DNA from: Candidatus Dadabacteria bacterium
GTDB taxonomy: Bacteria; Desulfobacterota_D; UBA1144; Nemesobacterales; CSP1-2
Reading direction: 5' to 3'
DNA: 64,000 bases
NCBI GenBank assembly: GCA_963805855.1
Contig: CAWDVW010000007.1
Coordinates: 128,001-192,000 of the forward strand
Shown here: piece by piece, positions 60,247 to 64,000 of the stretch
Numbering within the stretch: the first letter of the stretch is position 1
Layout of the letters: every line of letters begins with the position of its first letter
The notes under the pieces: model-generated
Database searches by the model: none
What the model was told of the DNA's origin: nothing
What the model saw: the letters and a program-made list of their open reading frames with translations, nothing else
Made by a program: the position numbers and the translations under genes

Positions 60247-62820
60247 ATGCGATATGAAACCCTGGTTGATTTCTTTAGCCAACTTGCCACTCAGCCGGGG
60301 GACTATATAACCTACGACAGCGGTTACCGTTCCAAAACATTCTCTTACTCGGACGTCGCGCGCGCCGCTAGAGAATTCGCCCTTCGACTAAGTGGTAACA
60401 ACATAAAAAAGGGTGATAATGTGGTTATATGGAGTGAGAACAGGCCCGAGTGGGTGATCGCATTTTGGGGGTGCCTGATTAGTGGTGCTGTACTGGTACC
60501 TGTAGATTACCAATCTTCCCCAGATTTTTTGAAAAGGGTCATAAGTATCGTCGAGGCTCCTCTGGTTCTCGTTGGAGAGGAGACTGCGATGCCTTTCCTA
60601 GATGGAGAGGTTGGAGTCTGGAGCCTGGCTGATATCGCGCGGCCAAACGGTTCGGCCGATTCGGAGTTTATTAAATATCATGACAACGCCGGGAGTCGTC
60701 GAGCGAATGATGGCGGGGACTATCAGGGCTCGTATCGCATTGCTCGAGACGATGTTGCAGAAATTATTTTCACTTCCGGTGCGACAGCCGAACCTAAAGG
60801 AGTAGTGCTTACTCATGCAAACATTATTGCAAACCTGACACCGATTGAGAACGAGGCTTCAAAATTCCGTAAATATCTGAGGCTGTTTTTACCAATACGG
60901 TTTCTCATTCTTCCTCCGCTTAGTCATCTCTTTGGCCAGGCGCTGGCGCTGTTTGTAGTACCGATGATCGGGGGAACTGTGATCTTTATGCATGGTTATA
61001 ACCCCTTTGATGTCGTGCGCCAGATTCGAAAGAGGAGAATATCGGTTTTGGTATGCGTTCCAAAGATGCTCGATGTCTTGCGGATGCATCTTGTCACCCA
61101 AAAGTTACGCGAATCAAAATTAGCTGACCGAAGCTTGCATATCGCAAGGCGCTGGCTTAAGCACTGGAGAGTTCATCGGTTATTCGGGCTTAAGTTTTGG
61201 AGCTTAATTGTTGGTGCGGCTCCACTTGATTCGGAGCTGGAAGAATTTTGGTCCCGTCTTGGATTCGTGGTTATTCAGGGTTATGGCCTTACGGAGAGCG
61301 CTCCGATAGTCACATTCAATAATCCCTTAAAGGTAAGCAGAGGATCGGTGGGAAAAGTGATTCCGGGTGTTGAGATAAAGATCGCGCCGGACGGTGAGAT
61401 ACTTATCCGAGGCGAGACGGTAACCCATGGGTATTTCAAGGCTCAAACTGAAACGGAAGAAGCCTTTGACGGAGGGTGGTTTCATACTGGTGACATCGGT
61501 TCTTTCGATGAGGAGGGTAATCTCTATATACATGGTCGTAAGAAGGAGATTATTGTCACTCCAGAGGGCATGAACGTGTTTCCAGAAGATGTTGAGCATG
61601 TGCTTAATGCTCTCCCCGGTGTTACCGAATCGGCGGTAATTGGAGTCAGGAGCGATGGAGAAGAGCGTGTACATGCCGTTGTGGTGCCAGACCGAAAGAG
61701 TCCCGATTATAAGGGCGTTATTGATATTGAAGGGCTTATGCGTACTGCAAACTCCCGTCTAGCGGATCATCAGAAGATACGGGGCATCACGGAGTGGCCT
61801 GGTGAAGGGCTCCCTCGCACCGAAGGAACACAAAAATTAAAAAGGCGGGAGGTCAAGCAATGGTATGAAAGCGGGAAGACGGGACATGAGATTTATGATG
61901 CCAGAGATTCGATTGATTCAATAATTGAGCGGGTCTATGGTGATAAAATTACGGGTCCTGCCGAGACAATTGAAGAGCTTGGTCTCAGCTCATTAGAGCG
62001 GGTAGAGCTATTGATGGAGATTGAGGATAAGTTTCAAACTCATTTGGATGAGGAGAGATTTACTCAAGCTCGAGATGTGGGAGAAATTCGCCGACTAATA
62101 GAGAATTCGCAAATCAGTCCTGCTGTCGAACCAGTAGAATTCCCAGCGTGGAACAGAAGCTGGATTGCTCGTGTGTTCAGACGTCTAAGCCTTGCGACAT
62201 GGGTCCTTCCGATATCCGGAATCTTCGCTTGGATTCGAGTCGACGGATTAGAAAATCTTAAATCGCTCGATGGGCCAGTAATTTTTGCATCCAATCACCA
62301 AAGCTCATTGGACGCTCCTGTGATTCTCCGCTCTCTACCTCCTCACCGACGTTATAAGGTAGCACCGGCAATGGGTAAGGAGTTTTTCAGGGCTCACTTC
62401 TACCCCAAGAAACACACACGATGGGAATGGTTTCTAAAAAGTATTGAGTATTATCTTGCCTCGTTACTATTTAATACCTTCCCTATTCCTCAGCGAGAGA
62501 CTGGAACCCGACAGACCCTCCGTTATATTGGTGAATTGGTAGACGAGGGAAACTCGATCCTTATTTTCCCCGAGGGCGAACGTACCGATAAAGGGGAGAT
62601 CAAGGAATTTCAGCCAGGGGTAGGTATGATTGCCTCGATGCTGAACATCCCTGTAGTGCCAGTTTACCTGGAAGGGGTTTTCAGGGTGTTGCATCGATCA
62701 TGGAGGTTTCCGAGGCCCGGTCGTGTGCGGGTGGTGTTTGGACCGCCCCTCCATCTCAGGGGTAAGGATTATCAATCGCTCGCAGGGGATGTTGAAAGCG
62801 CAGTAAGACAATTGCAATAA
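60247..62820 (+). CDS. Acyl-CoA/acyl-ACP ligase + carrier domain + PlsC acyltransferase (Aas-like)
   Basis: FTSGATAEPKG, GYGLTE, TGDIG; carrier LGLSSLERVEL; acyltransferase NHQSSLD and FPEGER. Confidence 0.9.
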   Translation: MRYETLVDFFSQLATQPGDYITYDSGYRSKTFSYSDVARAAREFALRLSGNNIKKGDNVVIWSENRPEWVIAFWGCLISGAVLVPVDYQSSPDFLKRVISIVEAPLVLVGEETAMPFLDGEVGVWSLADIARPNGSADSEFIKYHDNAGSRRANDGGDYQGSYRIARDDVAEIIFTSGATAEPKGVVLTHANIIANLTPIENEASKFRKYLRLFLPIRFLILPPLSHLFGQALALFVVPMIGGTVIFMHGYNPFDVVRQIRKRRISVLVCVPKMLDVLRMHLVTQKLRESKLADRSLHIARRWLKHWRVHRLFGLKFWSLIVGAAPLDSELEEFWSRLGFVVIQGYGLTESAPIVTFNNPLKVSRGSVGKVIPGVEIKIAPDGEILIRGETVTHGYFKAQTETEEAFDGGWFHTGDIGSFDEEGNLYIHGRKKEIIVTPEGMNVFPEDVEHVLNALPGVTESAVIGVRSDGEERVHAVVVPDRKSPDYKGVIDIEGLMRTANSRLADHQKIRGITEWPGEGLPRTEGTQKLKRREVKQWYESGKTGHEIYDARDSIDSIIERVYGDKITGPAETIEELGLSSLERVELLMEIEDKFQTHLDEERFTQARDVGEIRRLIENSQISPAVEPVEFPAWNRSWIARVFRRLSLATWVLPISGIFAWIRVDGLENLKSLDGPVIFASNHQSSLDAPVILRSLPPHRRYKVAPAMGKEFFRAHFYPKKHTRWEWFLKSIEYYLASLLFNTFPIPQRETGTRQTLRYIGELVDEGNSILIFPEGERTDKGEIKEFQPGVGMIASMLNIPVVPVYLEGVFRVLHRSWRFPRPGRVRVVFGPPLHLRGKDYQSLAGDVESAVRQLQ

Positions 62821-62892
62821 CTTTAAGAAAATGTTTTGAATTTGTGGGAATCAAGGTCTAACAATATAAATAATAACCGGGTAAAGCAGGCG

Positions 62893-63516
62893 CTATTTCT
62901 TTGTTGATTCAGTACAGAAGTTTTCTATATCTTCGTTAGCCTCAGCATATCCTAATTCACCGGCCTTGGATAAGTCCGAGCAACCACTGTCTTTCCGGTC
63001 TGAAAGAATTTTTGCCACACCTCTATTGTAATATGCTTCTTCACTTTTGGGATCAAGCTGGATCGCTTTGTCAAAATCCTCTATAGCGCCTTTATATTCG
63101 CTCATATTCCCCTTTGCCAACCCTCTACCCACGTATGCCAATGCATCATTGGGGTCGAGCCCTATGGCAGTACTATAGTCCTGAATAGCACTCTTATAGT
63201 CCTTTATTGCGCCTTTCGCTTTACCTCTTCCTATGTAGGCCGACGCAAGACTGGGATTAAGTTCAATGGCCTTGCTGTAGTCCAGTATCGCTTCTTTATA
63301 CTGTTTCAGTCCAACCCTTGCTCCAGCTCGTGCTTCATATGCTTCTGCATATTTAGGGTTTTGCTCGATAGCCTTGTTGAAATCCTGTATGGCTCCCTGA
63401 TAATCGCCATTCAGAAATTTATCCACGCCCATTTCGGAATAGGATTCCGAGGTCTGTGAAAAGCCTGGCGGGACTGAATAAAATCTGAGAAGCAGTATAA
63501 TAAATATTATCTTCAT
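62893..63516 (-). CDS. Tetratricopeptide repeat protein (secreted)
   Basis: Repeated AI.DF.KAI.L.P..AY..RG units and a signal-like N-terminus. Confidence 0.88.
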   Translation of the reverse strand: MKIIFIILLLRFYSVPPGFSQTSESYSEMGVDKFLNGDYQGAIQDFNKAIEQNPKYAEAYEARAGARVGLKQYKEAILDYSKAIELNPSLASAYIGRGKAKGAIKDYKSAIQDYSTAIGLDPNDALAYVGRGLAKGNMSEYKGAIEDFDKAIQLDPKSEEAYYNRGVAKILSDRKDSGCSDLSKAGELGYAEANEDIENFCTESTKK

Positions 63517-63720
63517 GGCGCTGGATTTTATCAGAAAAAGGAATTTACTCCAAGACGGACGGGATATCGAGTTCTATCCATTTTTTACCGGTTTGCTTCT
63601 CAACATCCAACCAATAATTCCGCAAATTCCAAATTACCAATCGTACCCAATTTTAGCTGGCCGTAAGTGATAGATAATGGTACGAATTGAAATTCTTCTG
63701 AATCCTCGTAATGAGGTCCA

Positions 63721-63999
63721 TCAAGTTTTTTCGGCGAGTTTGAGAGGCGGACTCCAATCAACAACACCCGGTACGCGCCGGCCCCAGGTATTTCCATGCT
63801 TATCTGGGCTGTCGGTAAGAAATCTTACAATCAATCTATGAATCATGTTCATATTGGGCAGAATTCCATGAAAACCCCCAATCTTATACAGGGCTTTATC
63901 TTCCAGCTCCCAGTATCCATAATCATCTGGCGATACGCAGACAAGATTCTCCTCATTTAAGAATTTGGGGATTGCACCTTCAAAGGGAACAGTCCCGTC
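63721..63999 (-). CDS. C-terminal part of an alpha/beta hydrolase (LCAT/lipase-like), truncated by the window end
   Basis: Open frame DGTVPFEGAIP..GGFHGILPNM..PPLKLAEKT* ending at TGA 63721-63723; DGTVP..H catalytic region. Confidence 0.6.
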   Translation of the reverse strand, partial: DGTVPFEGAIPKFLNEENLVCVSPDDYGYWELEDKALYKIGGFHGILPNMNMIHRLIVRFLTDSPDKHGNTWGRRVPGVVDWSPPLKLAEKT

Positions 64000-64000
64000 T

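Noticed and set aside
63600-63797. 65-aa minus-strand ORF
   Set aside because: It overlaps the better-supported hydrolase C-terminus in another frame.

Overview
Bacterial chromosomal window of moderately low GC (judged by eye), with no rRNA, tRNA or CRISPR array recognised. Most genes are metabolic, signalling or housekeeping: Pat-type acetyltransferase, two GH15-like hydrolases, a partner-switching module, acyl-CoA ligases, PhoD, AddAB, an ABC exporter, an M42 peptidase and an Aas-like protein. The intergenic spaces are dense in REP/REPIN-like palindromes. Main highlights: (1) an intact IS110/IS1111-type element (about 24304-25726) inserted at an AG core inside a REP-like repeat. Its 3' non-coding end carries two repeated modules whose 7-nt variable segments match the target flank (TACTGAG) and the element's own right end (ATAACAG), i.e. 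a readable bridge/seek-type guide RNA. The element also shows a circle-junction promoter and an RBS-occluding hairpin. (2) A two-gene unit of apparent pseudoenzymes: a GAF/PAS sigma54-activator-like AAA+ protein with degenerate motifs and no HTH, followed by a degenerate acyl-CoA ligase fused to tandem diadenylate-cyclase-like domains, a candidate new cyclic-dinucleotide signalling system. (3) A WYL regulator with a palindromic operator, divergent from an unknown gene and close to addAB. (4) Two candidate small RNAs and a 23-aa Lys/Ala micro-protein missed by the ORF track. Several otherwise intact genes carry single-base indels, possibly sequencing errors, while others show genuine nonsense decay. 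All family calls come from motif recognition by eye; no searches were run.
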